DNA of 63,065 bases, filler included, from Folioceros fuciformis (lineage: Eukaryota): the NCBI GenBank assembly GCA_049999805.1. It is 7 parts of 7 records of this genome, joined end to end, with 100 filler letters (N's around TTAATTAATTAA, not from the genome) between each part and the next. Parts side by side here need not be neighbours in the genome. Positions count along the whole stretch, not along the records: positions 35,718 to 54,941 come from JBNGIO010002072.1; positions 55,042 to 56,715 come from JBNGIO010002073.1; positions 56,816 to 59,370 come from JBNGIO010002074.1; positions 59,471 to 63,065 come from JBNGIO010002076.1; 3 more parts are not named here. One strand, 5' to 3'. Below are positions 50,642-63,065 of the stretch, in pieces. A model generated the notes under the pieces. The model saw only the letters and a list, made by a program, of their open reading frames with translations. It searched no databases and was not told the DNA's origin. A program made the position numbers and the translations under genes. Every line of letters begins with the position of its first letter. Position 1 is the first letter of the stretch.

Positions 50642-53600
50642 TGCCTCATCCAGATGGACTCCAGAATTCCCAGCCACTGGCAGGACCCAAGCTGCGGGCC
50701 TTAGGGCTTTTCTAGGGTTTAACCCATCTTGAGCTCCCACTCTGCTGTATACACTACATTGTCAGAAATTCATCCTTTCACAGGCACAAATTAGCTCACA
50801 GACTCGCTATTAGATTTAACCGCGAACCATAGACCCCAAGCATTTGGGCGGCGATGGCATCGGGCCCGCCTGCGATCCATCCATGTAAGGACATCATTTG
50901 TTCTACCAGGAACGCTTCTACAGGTCATATTAAAACAACTATATATTACATTATTTTATCATTTATATCGATTCAATAAAAATATGCATAAAATCATAAG
51001 GAAAGAGAGTATAATCAAGCATGAAAAATAACTTGGAGCCAATCACGAGAAAATGGGAACTACTAAAATAGAGAAAATGGTAGAGAAAATAACTTTGATG
51101 GGAGCCATATTTTTGTAGAGAAAGATATTTTGGACAAGGGATGATCTACGTTTTGTTCTCACACTTTTGGACTACGGTTATAACTTTATTCATACTCAGG
51201 ATGACAGACGAAAGAGTATACTGAGTCGGAGGGAGATTGTTTAGAGTGGAAGGAGGTGCATGAAACCACACTTGTTACTTCAAGCACGCGACGGGTGGGG
51301 ACTCATGATTTGGTGGACGAGGAATACTTTGTAAGGCCGGCAGGACTGGCAGACACGAGATACGAGGCTTACAGGGATGGATCATCCTCGGCAGGAGACC
51401 GTGATCAGGCAAGTCATGAATGATGTGAGGTCCTTGGTGCACATAGCGAGCCCTTGTGTTTGATGGTGTTAATGAAGTGTTCAAACAGTGTCCACAAATC
51501 CCATGACGATGGCTGTCAGACTGTTGATGGGAGTTGCGATTCTTCGCGCCACTCCCTCACGGTGAGGTGGCTGCTGCATGATCCTGATACGTGCACTCTG
51601 CAACAGGCCAGATATGCATGCGTAAGGCACGGGAAGATTTTAGTTGCAAGTTGGCAGGAACCGGCAAATTCTAAGAGGTGAAGGTTGTGAGATTTCCTGC
51701 TGCCGTGCCTGAAAGTATGCAGGCAGTGGAAAGCTTATATCTAGTGTGGGAAGATCCTGTCAAGTCCACGAGAAAGGCTAACGTCCGGTGAGATGGAAAC
51801 CACATCTCCACTGCCAGTTGTTGTGGATGTTTCTTGAGATAGCAGGCTCATGTAGGCTCTCTTGCTTTTGGGGGATAGATAAATTGGGGAATTTGGACAG
51901 GGGACAGTGTGATCTGAGCGCACAGAGTTGATGCATGTGGGCGTGAAGCGAGGGCAGCAAAATGCACATGACGGAGGCATGCGTCAGAGAATTATGGCGT
52001 TTTGTGAGAGTAGCACGTTGCTGAAAAATTTTGGCGATGGCAGAGGAAAAGAGGATGGCAGTTGCAGTTTCACGTGAGCTTTCTGTTGGTGCACATGCAG
52101 GTGATCACTCCCTCCTTCATATCGTTACGAGTGGCGAGCGGAGAGAGAGTATGAAGGAGAGGCGGCACCCGAAATGCTGAGCAGTCGGACGGTGTGACGG
52201 TGACAAGCAGCATGGAGGTCTCCCGGAGCTTCACACCTAAGACGTGCTTGGAGTAGGACTTGGGTAGCTTTCCGTGGTGCTGTCGCGGAGGGAGATCATA
52301 AAGTGGTGTCATCCAATCCAGTAGGGTCAGGGTCAAATTTCTCTTTCCGATGGGAGACGGTGGTTAAGGCTGGACGATGGCTAAGGCTGGACGATGGCAT
52401 AAATTTCAGTCCAGGCCGTCTGTCCGATGGCAACAGCCAAGCCATGTGAGTGATAGTTACACACAGTGTGACACATATGTACATGATTTTGTGACGCAGG
52501 TTAAGAGGCGTCAAGTGCAAGCAGATTCTTGTTGAAGGTACTCAGTGGCTCGCTCGCTGGCTCACTCAATCACTCGCTCATTCACCAGTGCGTTGCATAC
52601 ATGTAGTGTAGGCATTCGATTGTGGGATCCGGGAAGGTTGAAGGGTGGCACGTATAGATCAGAGGGGCATGGAGAGGACTGTCCCGAATCTGTTGGGACG
52701 TTTTCGCACGGATCCGGGTCCCGGCCCTGGCCCAGGCCCAAGCCCCGGTCCCGGTTCCTTCCAAACACGGAAAGGAATGCTGAACGTCGAATGAGAGGGG
52801 TTCTGGGATGTTGAAGATGAGAAACCGTTACAGCCCACCCAAATGAATGCACAGATTCGAGCCAAACGGGAGGCCAAGTCCCGGGCTCCTCACCTCCTGA
52901 GCTCCTGGGCTGCGGTGCACGGCACGAGGTCGACGCCATGATCAGGCGGTAAGTAGACGTGGGCAAGCTTGGGAGTGTTGGGCCCAAGATCAAGATATGC
53001 AGCACAGAGACACAAGAAACAGTGGGGTGTCCGTGATGAGGAGGGCGGGCAGCATAATTGGATTTGGATGAAGGCGAGGGCCCGGCCATGGCATGACAGT
53101 GCAGTGCAGTGCAGATGGCATTTGTAATGAGTGCAGCAGGGCAGGCACCGACGAGTGTGAGGCCGGCGACTGTCGGGGTGGCAGAAACAAAGTACATACA
53201 TATGAGGCTTTACCTTGCTGGTATTCAGTACATACAAGTATTGGTACTTGTATGGCACAGCATCGTTGTAGCCAGTGATGGAGGTCTGGAGGGACACGGA
53301 CATGTGTGGTGCAGTAAGTAGGAATGGCCATTTGGAGGTAGCGGCAGGGAATGGCGGTGAGCTGGAGGGGGAGCTGGGCCCCGTTGGCGTTGCCTGTGCC
53401 TGTGCCGATGCCGGTGTCGGTCCCGGGACATGGACAGGGCCAGGGACAGGGACATGGACAGGGCCAGGGACAGGGACAGGGCCAGGCGTACTGGTACTGG
53501 TACTGTGGTGGGACGCGGGGAGGTGCAGAGATTTTTTTGTGGGAGGCGAGCTGGTGCCGTTGCTGGTGGTGGTGCTGGGCCTGCCCTGAGATCTGCCCTG

Positions 53601-55224
53601 CCCGGCCCTGTCCATGGTTGGCCGATACCAGTCCCACTCTAATGGCCCATCAGCTTTGGGGAAGCACAGCACGGCTCGGCCCGATTGGGGCTGCGGGCGA
53701 GAGTCAGGCTTTTTAACGCTTTGCAGCTATCCGGTGGCACCGACCTACCCACCCAACCACCCGCGCTCTTCTTCCCATTGGTGGAGTACGCCCTATGGGC
53801 AGCGTGGAGTGTGGAATAATGGGGAGTTGCGAGTTGCGAGTATCGAGTCCATTCCCGCTGGCCTAGGAGACTTGTGTACATACATGTTGGTTTTTACAGG
53901 CAGGCGCGGAGGAGGGGCGGAGGGGAGGCGGGGATCTGCATCGCTCTTTTTCCCAGTGCGCACTGCGCAGTGCCGGGGCCCGGTGGCGTGTGACTGCATT
54001 ATCCAGGGGTGGGTGTTGCGGTTTGATGGAGCAATAAATGTGGGCAAGAAAGGAGTCCCAATTATGCAGTAGGCCTCGTGGTGGGTAACTTTCGCAAAGC
54101 CTGTGGGCGGGGACTGTGCTGCCGTTTGGTGGACAGAGGAGTATGCTGAGGTTCGAAGCATCGTCCCTCTCCCTCTCGTTGTCCCTGATGAGCCTGTCCC
54201 TGTCCCGGATCCTTTGCCTTTGCATTTGCCTTTCCCTTTCCTGCTATCCAGGTGAAGTAGGAGCCTGATATTTGCCCTTAGAAAAGGGCCGGGGCGTTGC
54301 CTTGCCTTGAGGGCCTTCGGTAGGGGCGGGCCGAGGGCACGGCGTTTTATGGGGCGCAGTAGTAATTGTAGTAACGTGAGGTGGGATTGTCCTTGCAAGA
54401 GCCAAAAAGCAAGGGGTCGTGCAGTGCAGAATCCAATCCTGCACAAAATGCGACGAAGCCTGGGGCTGCGTGGTCCCCCTCGGAAGATGGGGGGCAATTG
54501 CATGAGCTCGAATTGAGGGAGCTGGGTTGTGTTAATGCATACCAAGAATGATATAGAAATTGGGTTTGTTGTCGGCATTCCAGCTCACCCACCGTCAGCT
54601 TGTGACAAACCAGTGCGGGCCGTGGCGGGTCAGACAAGTATCTCCTATACGTGAGAGGCGAAGAGAGGGACAAAACATGAGGTGCACTACTTGTGGGCAT
54701 GGTAGTCCCAGTCCCCGTCCCCAGTCCACAGTCCCACTGGAAAGATGGCTCTCCATTTCATTAGGTAGTCATCCAGGCCAGGTCAGGCCAAAGCTTCACT
54801 TCTTTCGACAACAAGTCGGAGCATGAAGTTAGTGTAATGTACATGGCACCACCACGTTCTCAACGACACAACAAAACACCCCAGCCCGCTCCCCCCCGCC
54901 CGGCCCCGCCCTCCCCGACTGCGATCACGCGCAAGTGTGCCNNNNNNNNNNNNNNNNNNNNNNNNNNNNNNNNNNNNNNNNNNNNTTAATTAATTAANNN
55001 NNNNNNNNNNNNNNNNNNNNNNNNNNNNNNNNNNNNNNNNNTGAGGTACCGGAGCTAAGGGAAGAGGAGTCCCTTCCACTCTGCACTCCCGGATTCGGCT
55101 CCGACACCCACACCACCCCACGTGACCACCTCGAGGATAGCTGGGGAGCTTCTCTCCCACTCGGCGAGGCTCCTCCTCCCGATTCGTCCCCGGACCTAAT
55201 CACAGAGTGCCCACCACCTACACC

Positions 55225-56716
55225 CGCACCCCTGGTTGCTACGTGCGCTCGCTTGCTTGGACCTCCTGTCCAGCAACGGCCATCGCTAGGTCCCTGCAAG
55301 GTCGACTGTTTGGCTGGTGCTTGTTGATTCCTTAGGCCTCCAAACCGGCCTCTTGTACACGGTGATGGCGGTTTTTCCGCCATAAAGTCTGTCAGGCAGG
55401 GGAGCTGTGCTCCTAAATTCTGAGCGACTTAGGTCCAAATAAAGCACGCTAAAAAAAATCCTATTCTAGCCTGCATTTACTGTCGCCGTTTTCCACGCCG
55501 CTGGCGGCTTCCTCCTGGCCTTTGCGTGTCACCCCTTGCTGTTCCTCCTCTCGCTCTTCTGCCCCTCCATTGGTCCGGTAGATCCTCCCAAAGGATCTCC
55601 ACATCACTGCTGCTGCTGCTGGACCTGGCTGGCGGCGTCGGTGGGTCCCGCCGCTGTGGTCCACCACCCCTCCTCCTTCTCTGGTTGCTAAGGACAGCCA
55701 CAGGCCCCCGTTCTACCCAGCGCTAGGCCTCCTCTTCCGTCAGTTCCTCCAGAGCTGCCTCCGAATAGCAGTGGGGCAGTCCTGTCACCCACCATCTGTA
55801 GTGGTAGAGTCCCAGGCGCGTCCTCAGCTGTAGGACGTAGCCCCGCGTCCCTCCTGTGCCCATACGTACATACAGAAACAGCTTCAGAACTCTGGCCCCT
55901 TCTACATACAGGCCTGGCACATAGGAGGCCTCCTCCTCATACTGCAGCACAATCCGACCTTTTGTCATAACAGAGGTGCTTACCCTGTCCTCCCTTGGGC
56001 TACCTTGGGTTGCCTGCTCCCCCTCCTGCTGGGTTACCTGAAGGTTCTCTGCCTGCCCAGCTGTTGCCTCCTCCGGCTCTATCCTCCTAGTACGGGTCAC
56101 CCTCCTGGAGCGCCTAGGGGCAGGCGCCCCTACTGCTTTCTCCTTCATTTCCAGGGTTGGTTCTTCCGCTATCCTGGGCCTTGCTGGGCCACCGGTAGCC
56201 TCGTCGGCTACCTGACTACCGGTAGTCCCCTCAACTACCGTTCCCCTGGTTCGGCTACCAGTAGCCCCTTCTGCTACCGAGGGCACCGACTCACTCGGTC
56301 GCCCAACCTTGCTCTTCCCCTTCACTCTCTCTGGCCTCATCTCGCTCCCTCTTGTATCTATCAGCCAACTTCTGAGCCTGCTCCACAACGGCTATCTCCA
56401 TCTCCCGTGCCCTAGCCATTTCCTGTTTCATCTCCAGGTTAGTCTCGTGAGCCTCCCTCACCTAAGCTAGCAGGGTCCCCTGTTGCTCTTTCAACGCCTG
56501 CACTTCAGCCCTCGCCTCGCGCGCCTCTTCCTCGGCTTGAGCCTTCTCCCTGTCCAGGACCCGCTGCTTCTCCTCCAACAGTTGCCGCGCCATCTCTGAC
56601 TCCGCCAGTTACTTCCTTGCTTCAGCCTCTCGCTCACGAGCCTTCTCCTCCTTTCCCCAAGCCTTGGCCTCTCGCTCCGCTTGTACACTTAACCAGGTCA
56701 GGGCCCTAGCAGCCTN
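55225..56716 (-). repeat. Copy 1 of a duplicated retroelement-like accessory ORF region (coiled coil, low complexity)
   Basis: Near-identical to ~59471-60911; truncated by the N gap at its right end. Confidence 0.85.
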
Positions 56717-56815
56717 NNNNNNNNNNNNNNNNNNNNNNNNNNNNNNNNNNNNNNNNNNNTTAATTAATTAANNNNNNNNNNNNNNNNNNNNNNNNNNNNN
56801 NNNNNNNNNNNNNNN

Positions 56816-57944
56816 GTTCAGAGGTGTGATAGAACATGGTTTGTATAAGCTGGATATTTATGCCGTTCAGCATAGTGTATCCGCTATTACAAAACCATCC
56901 ATGAAACTTGCTGTCCTATGGCATGCAAGGTAGGGCACGTCAACAAACGTAAGTTACTTGACATGTCTTTGGAGGATTGTCATGAAGAAAGTCTACCTCA
57001 AGTATTCAAGAAGCTACCTCCTTGTGAGGCTTGTATTGTGGCCAAGCAAAAGGAACTGCCATTTCCTCAAACAACATCTCATCGTGCTATTGAAATATGG
57101 GAATTAGTCCATGCTAACATTTGCAGAAAAATACAAGTTGCTTCATTAGGGGGAGCAATATATTACCTTTGCCTCATAGATGATTTCTCCAGATAAACAT
57201 GGACATACCCAATTCACCTGAAAAGTGACACTTTCACCATTTTTCAGGATTGGCTCCAAATGATTGAACGCCAGACGGGCAAGCAACTAAAATGTCTTCG
57301 CACTGATAATGGTTCCGAATTTGTGAACCATACGTTTGATTCCCTCTTGCAGGAATGAGGAATCCAACGTAAGCTTACTGTTCCTTACACTCCACAACAA
57401 AACGGAGTTGCTGAACGAAAGAATCAAACACTCCTTTCCATGACGAGAAGCATGCTACTATGGGCAGGTTTACCACAAAATTTTTGGGCAGAAGCCATAG
57501 TTTCTCCGACCTACATTCTGAACAGACTGATTACTAGATCTCTTACCTCCAAGACACCATATGAAGCAATGTGGCACCGTAAGCCTAGTCTGCTACACCT
57601 TACAGTCTTTGAATCCAAGGCTTGTGCTCTCGTTCCAGGGGAGAAATGCAGGAAATTGGATCCTCGAGCCCAAGCCCTTGTCTTTGTGGGTTATAGCAAG
57701 CAATCCAAAGTGTACAAGTTATATGATTCTGCAAATCAGAAAGTGGTGTTAGCAAGATCTGTCACTTTCGTGGAAATTACGGAGCCAATCCTCTCAGATC
57801 ATTTGACGAACATCACACCCTCAGAAGACCTACCTCCCTTTACTTCTGCTGCAGACCTGTTGATGCAGTTTATCCATCAGAGGATGCTATTGACGATGAA
57901 TATATTCCTGCCATAGCACCTATAGAGAATACTCAGGAGCACCA
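56816..57944 (+). mobile_element. Decayed Ty1/Copia GAG-pre-integrase and integrase
   Basis: LWHAR*GHVN, CEACIVAKQ, LVHANIC, KCLRTDNGSEF, TPQQNGVAERKN, FWAEAI, KLDPRA..FVGYS. Confidence 0.92.
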
Positions 57945-58126
57945 TGTTAAAGTAATAATTGGTTTAACCTGCTTAGGTTACACATACATTTATACTAGGG
58001 TATAACCCTGACTAGGGTTATCTATACACTTGACTATTTAAACATTATGTCTCTTAGTTTTATTTGAATTGCTATTATGAGAAAAAGTGTTTAGTCTATT
58101 CTTAGATATTTACATGGTATCAGAGC
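57945..58126 (+). mobile_element. Short 5' LTR (57945-58114) plus tRNA-iMet primer-binding site of a nested element
   Basis: TGTTAA...TTTACA immediately followed by the canonical TGGTATCAGAGC (58115-58126). Confidence 0.75.
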
Positions 58127-59470
58127 TCTGACGATTGCTCTGAGATCTTCTGCTGCAATATTCTAATTTGTCTTTATGCAAATGTAGAATCTAAGTACAG
58201 AAGAATGGATTGTCAACCCATTCCTCTTTTACGTTACAAGGAAAAGTAGGCTAGTTGACAACCCGCTTTCACGCAGCTTGCACTAAGCATGTTAGAACTT
58301 ACTGTTCTTGTTTCCTAAATGATTCTGAGTAGTATCACTTTTCCAATCATCCTGAACTGCCTCGGAAGTCTAGAAATCGGTATTATGTACCGTATGTTGG
58401 GGAATCAGTTCCCTGTCTAGATGGGGCTAGACCTCGGATGTCAAGATTTGTCTTAGAGCTAGACTGCAGGGTTGAGGGTGAAGGCGGCCTTCCTTCAAAC
58501 GCCTGCACCTGCAATTGTCACAAAAGACACCAATAGTTTGCTTGCAAGGAAAACGGTGTTATATCTATTGAAGATTTTGACAGGAAATTGGATGCAAGAT
58601 TGAAGATCACAGCAGCACATTTGGTGAAGACTTGAACTCATTCAACTGCTAGACTACACCTCATTAATGAAGCTCTTAAGACACTTCAAGGGGCGCTTTA
58701 GCAGTGATCTCTTCTCGTTGTGGAGGCAAAACCCCGGGCACTGATTGCCGACGGGTTCCACCTTTAGTGGCCACACTTATCCCACTGTCGTTGAGACATT
58801 GGGTTTTGTTCCCACGAAGGAGCGATAGGGTTCCTTGCTGCTGTGGATGGAGGGTCGGACTTGATCGACTCGATGATGGATTCAAGGGCTCCCCTCCAGC
58901 TCCGATCAGGCGTAGGACAGGCCTCGCTGTCCAGCGGTCAGCTGCACCTCTCTTGGTGCCCACAAACTCACTCCAGTCACTACAATGACTCTAACCTCTC
59001 AGATCTGCGACTTCCCTCACTCACTTCACTCACTCTCTCACTCCAGCACCAACACCAGCAACTACCAGCAACGACACCACTACCTTCTACACTTCCCTGC
59101 TGACTCCCCCTACCCGGCAAGAGTCACTAGACTAACCCCAAAAAAGAAAGAAGGGAACACACTCCCCTCTTGGGTATCTCCTCCCCACAACCTTACCAAA
59201 TGCCATGAGACATGGCCGGCCTACAGCACTTGTCCAAGCAAGGAGCAAGAGTGGACAGGTCGAGAGAAAGACACATCCTTTACAATCAAGAGCTAGGGGC
59301 AAGCCCCTTCACCCTGGTCATTACACCTTGTGATCCTACCAGACACTATACAACCGGCAACACGCTGCCCNNNNNNNNNNNNNNNNNNNNNNNNNNNNNN
59401 NNNNNNNNNNNNNNTTAATTAATTAANNNNNNNNNNNNNNNNNNNNNNNNNNNNNNNNNNNNNNNNNNNN

Positions 59471-61890
59471 CCCAGGTTGCTACGTGCGCTCGCTTGCCTA
59501 GACCTCCTGTCCAGCAACGGCCATCGCTAGGTCCCTGCAAGGTCGACTGTTCGGCTGGTGCTTGCTGATTTCTTAGGCCTTCAATCCTGAGCGACTTAGG
59601 TCCAAAAAAAGCACGCTAAAAAAAATCCTATTCTAGCCTGCATTTACTGTCGCCGTTTTCCATGCCGCTGGCGGCTTCCTCCTGGCCTTCGCGTGTCACC
59701 CCTTGCTGTTCCTCCTCTCGCTCTTCTACCCCTCTGTTGGTCCGATAGATCCTCCCAGAGGATCTCCACATCACTGCTGCTGCTGCTGGACCTGGCCGGC
59801 GGTGCAGGTGGGTCCCGCCGCTGTGGTCCACCACCCCTCCTCCTTCTCTGGTTGCTGAGGACAACCACAGGCCCCCGATCTACCCAACACTGGGCCTCCT
59901 CTTCCGTCAGTTCCTCCAGAACTGCCTCCGCATAGCAGTGGGGTAGTCCTGTCACCCACCATCTGTAGTGGTAGAGTCCCAGGCGCGTCCTCAGTTGTAG
60001 GACATAGCCCCGCGTCCCTCCTGTGCCCATACGTACATACAGAAACAGCTTGAGAACTCTGGCCCCTTCTACATACAGGCCTGGCACATAGGAGGCCTCC
60101 TCCTCATACTGCAGCACAATCCGACCTTCTGTTATAACAGAGGTGCTTACCCCGTCCTCCCTTGGGCTACCTCGGGTTGCCTGCTCCCCCTCTTGCTGGG
60201 GTACCTGAAGGTTCTCTACCTGCCTAGCTGTTGCCTCCTCCGGCTCTATCCTCCAGGTACGCGTCACCCTCCTGGAGCGCCTAGGGGCAGGCGCCCCTAC
60301 TGCTTCCTCCTTTGTTTCCAGGGTTGGTTCCTCCGCTATCCTGGGCCTTGCTGGGCCACCGGTAGCCCCGTCAGCTACCGAACTACCGGTAGTCCCGTGG
60401 ACTACCAAACTACCGGTAGTCCCCTCAACTACCGTTCCCCTGGTTCGGCTACCGGTAGCCCCTTCTGCTACCGAGGGCACTGACTGACTCGGTCGCCCAG
60501 CCTTGCTCTTCCCCTTCACTCTCTCTGGCCTCATCCCGCTCCCTCTTGTATCTGTCAGCCAACTTCTGAGCCTGCTCCACAGCGGCTATCTCCATCTCCT
60601 GTGCCCTAGCCATTTCCTGTTGCATCTCCAGGTTAGTCTCGTGAGCCTCCCTCACCTGAGCTAGCAGGGTCCCCTGTTGCTCTTTCAGCACCTGCACTTC
60701 AGCCCTCGCCTCGCGCGCCTCTTCCTCGGCTTGAGCCTTCTCCCTGTCCAGGACCCGCTGCTTCTCCTCCAGCAGTTGCCGCGCCATCTCTGACTCCGCC
60801 AGTTGCTTCCTTGCTTCAGCCTCTCGTTCACGAGCCTTCTCCTCCTTTCCCCAAGCCTCGGCCTCTCGCTCCGCTTGTACACTTAACCAGGTCAGGGCCC
60901 TAGCAGCCTTATTCAGGAGGTCTGCTTGGGCCTGTACCATCGCAGCAGTCAGCCCGGGTAGGTCCACCTCCTGCACCCCTCCGGTGCCCATTCCTCTCGC
61001 CGTGATTTGTCTGCCCAGGAATTCTCGTAGCTTGTCCAGGTCCCCCACCTGCAACCTGTCTCTTTGAGGCCTGCACCTGAAAATGTCTTTCAACCTTGAG
61101 GAACCCTCCTGTGCTGAAGCGTGCCCTAACTTATCTTCCTGTCTGGAGGAAACTGTGTCGGCTGCCATCACTGATCCGGTGGCTCCTCGGGTCTTGTCCC
61201 ACCCTGACCTTGCTCCTCCAACCTCCGGTTCTTGATTCCCTGGACAGCTGGTTCTCGTTCTGCCTCCTACTGACCTATCTGCTCCAGGGCTGTCCCCCCT
61301 TCCTCCTGATCAGCCCCCATGCTCACACTTTGTCCTCTGATCCTTTTCCTCCTGGCAGGAGCCTTCTTTTGTGGGGCCACCCTCTTCTTGAGCTTGACTG
61401 GGGTTTCCTCCTGTGAGCTATTCCCACTGTCAACTTCCCAACTGCTGGAGGCAGCCCTTACTGGCTCAGCGGGCTTCCACTTCACATCACGAACTTGCTT
61501 CCACAGGTGCAGCGAGGCCAGCCTTTCTAGCTCAGTGACCAGGTTAGCGTAACTGTACACGTGGATTAGAAACGGGGAAATCATAGAAGGTTCAGGGGTG
61601 GGTCGGATCAGGTTCTGCCTCTCCTCATCCATCTGGGTGTATAAAATCCTTCCCCAGTCGATCCTGGTGCCCTTCACTACTTCATGCACAAACAGGAGCA
61701 TCTGATCGGACAGATAATCCTACTTGCGTACCTGGAAGAAGCTCAGGAACCACCTGGCCAATCCCAACAGCTGATGACTTGCCATGTCGCGCACCAGCCA
61801 CCCGTTCGCTTCCTTTCTCGTGCCTGCCTTGAGCAGTGTTTCCGCAGCTCCCGTTCCGCCACGCCTTTTCAGGGACTCCAGCACCAGTTA
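59471..61890 (-). mobile_element. Copy 2 (longer) of the retroelement-like accessory ORF: transposon-protein-like N-part, coiled coil, GATGS repeats; frameshifted
   Basis: GWLVRDM..LARWFLSFF..YLSDQMLLFVHEVVKGTRIDWGRILYTQM, then ORFs 60449-61171 and 59644-60534. The assignment to Tat/Ogre/Athila-type extra ORFs is by resemblance only. Confidence 0.55.
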
Positions 61891-62775
61891 ATATAGACAT
61901 ATAAAAACTAAGTGCATGGTAATCATACAATATGGGTATGATCGTTCCTACAATACGGCTAGACCGTTCCTAGTGCCAGGTGAATCTTTGGGTTCCCATG
62001 TCGAATCAATTAAGATACCACCTTCCGCTTTGCAACATGTGGTGATGGTTGGGTGGAGTGCGGAAGGACAAATTCAATGATTCCAAGAATGGTGAAGCCA
62101 CGGGGAGGACAAACTCAATGATTCCAAGAATGGTGAAGCCTGGTTTTCTGAGCGTTTCCTGCGATCAATCACACCACCTAAGATCAGTCTGGCCGCGCAT
62201 GTGTTGATTTGATTGCCACAACTCCGCACAGAGGTTGATTACCGCTGCCCGGCCACAAATTGGTGCTTGCTGTCTTGTTCACAAGAAATCGGTGGAGCAG
62301 GAGGAACAACTACTCTTTCTATTTGAGGCCATACTTGAAGGTGCCAATCATATTCTTTGCTTGCAAACTTGGATGGAACGTCTACAGGCCGTCTGCAGCT
62401 AGAGGGCACTTTCTTTGGCTTTTGCTTGATCCAGGCACTACCATGTTGACAGTTTCTACATGCGCTAGGTGCGCCTATCATGGAAAATGAGAAGAGTGAG
62501 AAATATTTCAGCATGGATCGGTGTTTGTTTCTCCAGCATTTTCTGATTTTGCAACCAACAAGAAACGTAGATCTTACAACACAAGATTGGCAGATGCTGA
62601 GGTTAAGGCAATAAGAAAACCTTCTCTGCCTGGCCTTGAGCAGCTGTAGTAGCATGTCACAACCCAAATCTCCAATGCAAGGATTGTGCAACTATGGCAT
62701 ACCAAAGGGGATACTCTCTTACTATACATTTTTTTAATGCTTTTTCATGGGTATCTACCAAAATATTCCTCGGTA

Positions 62776-63035
62776 AACCCTAAACCCTAAACCAAATCGG
62801 ACTCCATACCAAAGAGGATAGAAAAAAAACACCACAACTCTTCGTTTTCATGTCCACAGGTTTCCTATCCCCTAGGGTTGGATCTTCATAGAATATTCTC
62901 TGTTTAGGGTTGAATCTTTGCAGAATATTCTTTTTAGGGTTGGATCTTCATAAAATATTCACTTTTTAGGGTTGGATCGTCACATAAAATTCTCCCAACT
63001 TGATTTAGGCAGAATATTCCTAAATTTAGGGTTTG
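62776..63035. repeat. Telomere-motif-containing minisatellite
   Basis: AAACCCTAAACCCTAAACC at ~62776, then 4-5 units of about 30-33 bp with consensus TTTAGGGTTGGATCTTCATAGAATATTC. Confidence 0.7.
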
Positions 63036-63065
63036 CATGGTATGGCATGGGGATGGATGGCAGGA

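Noticed and set aside
51275-54941. ORFs up to 261 aa including PGPV/GQGQ repeats (~53420-53500)
   Set aside because: They arise from short tandem repeats open on both strands, with no conserved motif or splice pattern.
62066-62140. About 40-bp tandem duplication, superficially CRISPR-like
   Set aside because: Only two units with no spacer array, in a eukaryotic context.

Overview
Eukaryotic land-plant scaffold with six artificial N-gap linkers. It is probably a bryophyte with flagellated sperm, most likely a hornwort. This is an inference from the short introns, an IFT38/CLUAP1 gene and a PLS-PPR ending in a 'KQPGQSWWTD' WW-type motif. Bases 1-12 kb are a nest of decayed LTR retrotransposons. 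They include two diverged Ty3/Gypsy copies that carry a DNMT3-like C5 cytosine methyltransferase inside pol. Combining both copies gives the order gag-PR-DNMT-RT-RH-INT-PHD. A 1.63-kb inversion (3226-4853) hides the link between the methyltransferase copy and the PHD finger; undoing it restores both the Gypsy integrase and the adjacent Copia reading frame. Bases 13.5-26 kb and 36-51 kb are compact gene islands: SVIP-like, AKR2, a WD40-like protein, a secreted protein, FEN1, a partial GPI/Pro-rich protein, GST theta, CLUAP1, a PLS-PPR, a head-to-head J-domain pair (HPD and QPD) and PRORP. Bases 26-33 kb and 55-63 kb hold Harbinger, Copia, hAT-like and duplicated retroelement-ORF relics. All calls come from reading motifs by eye; no database searches were run.
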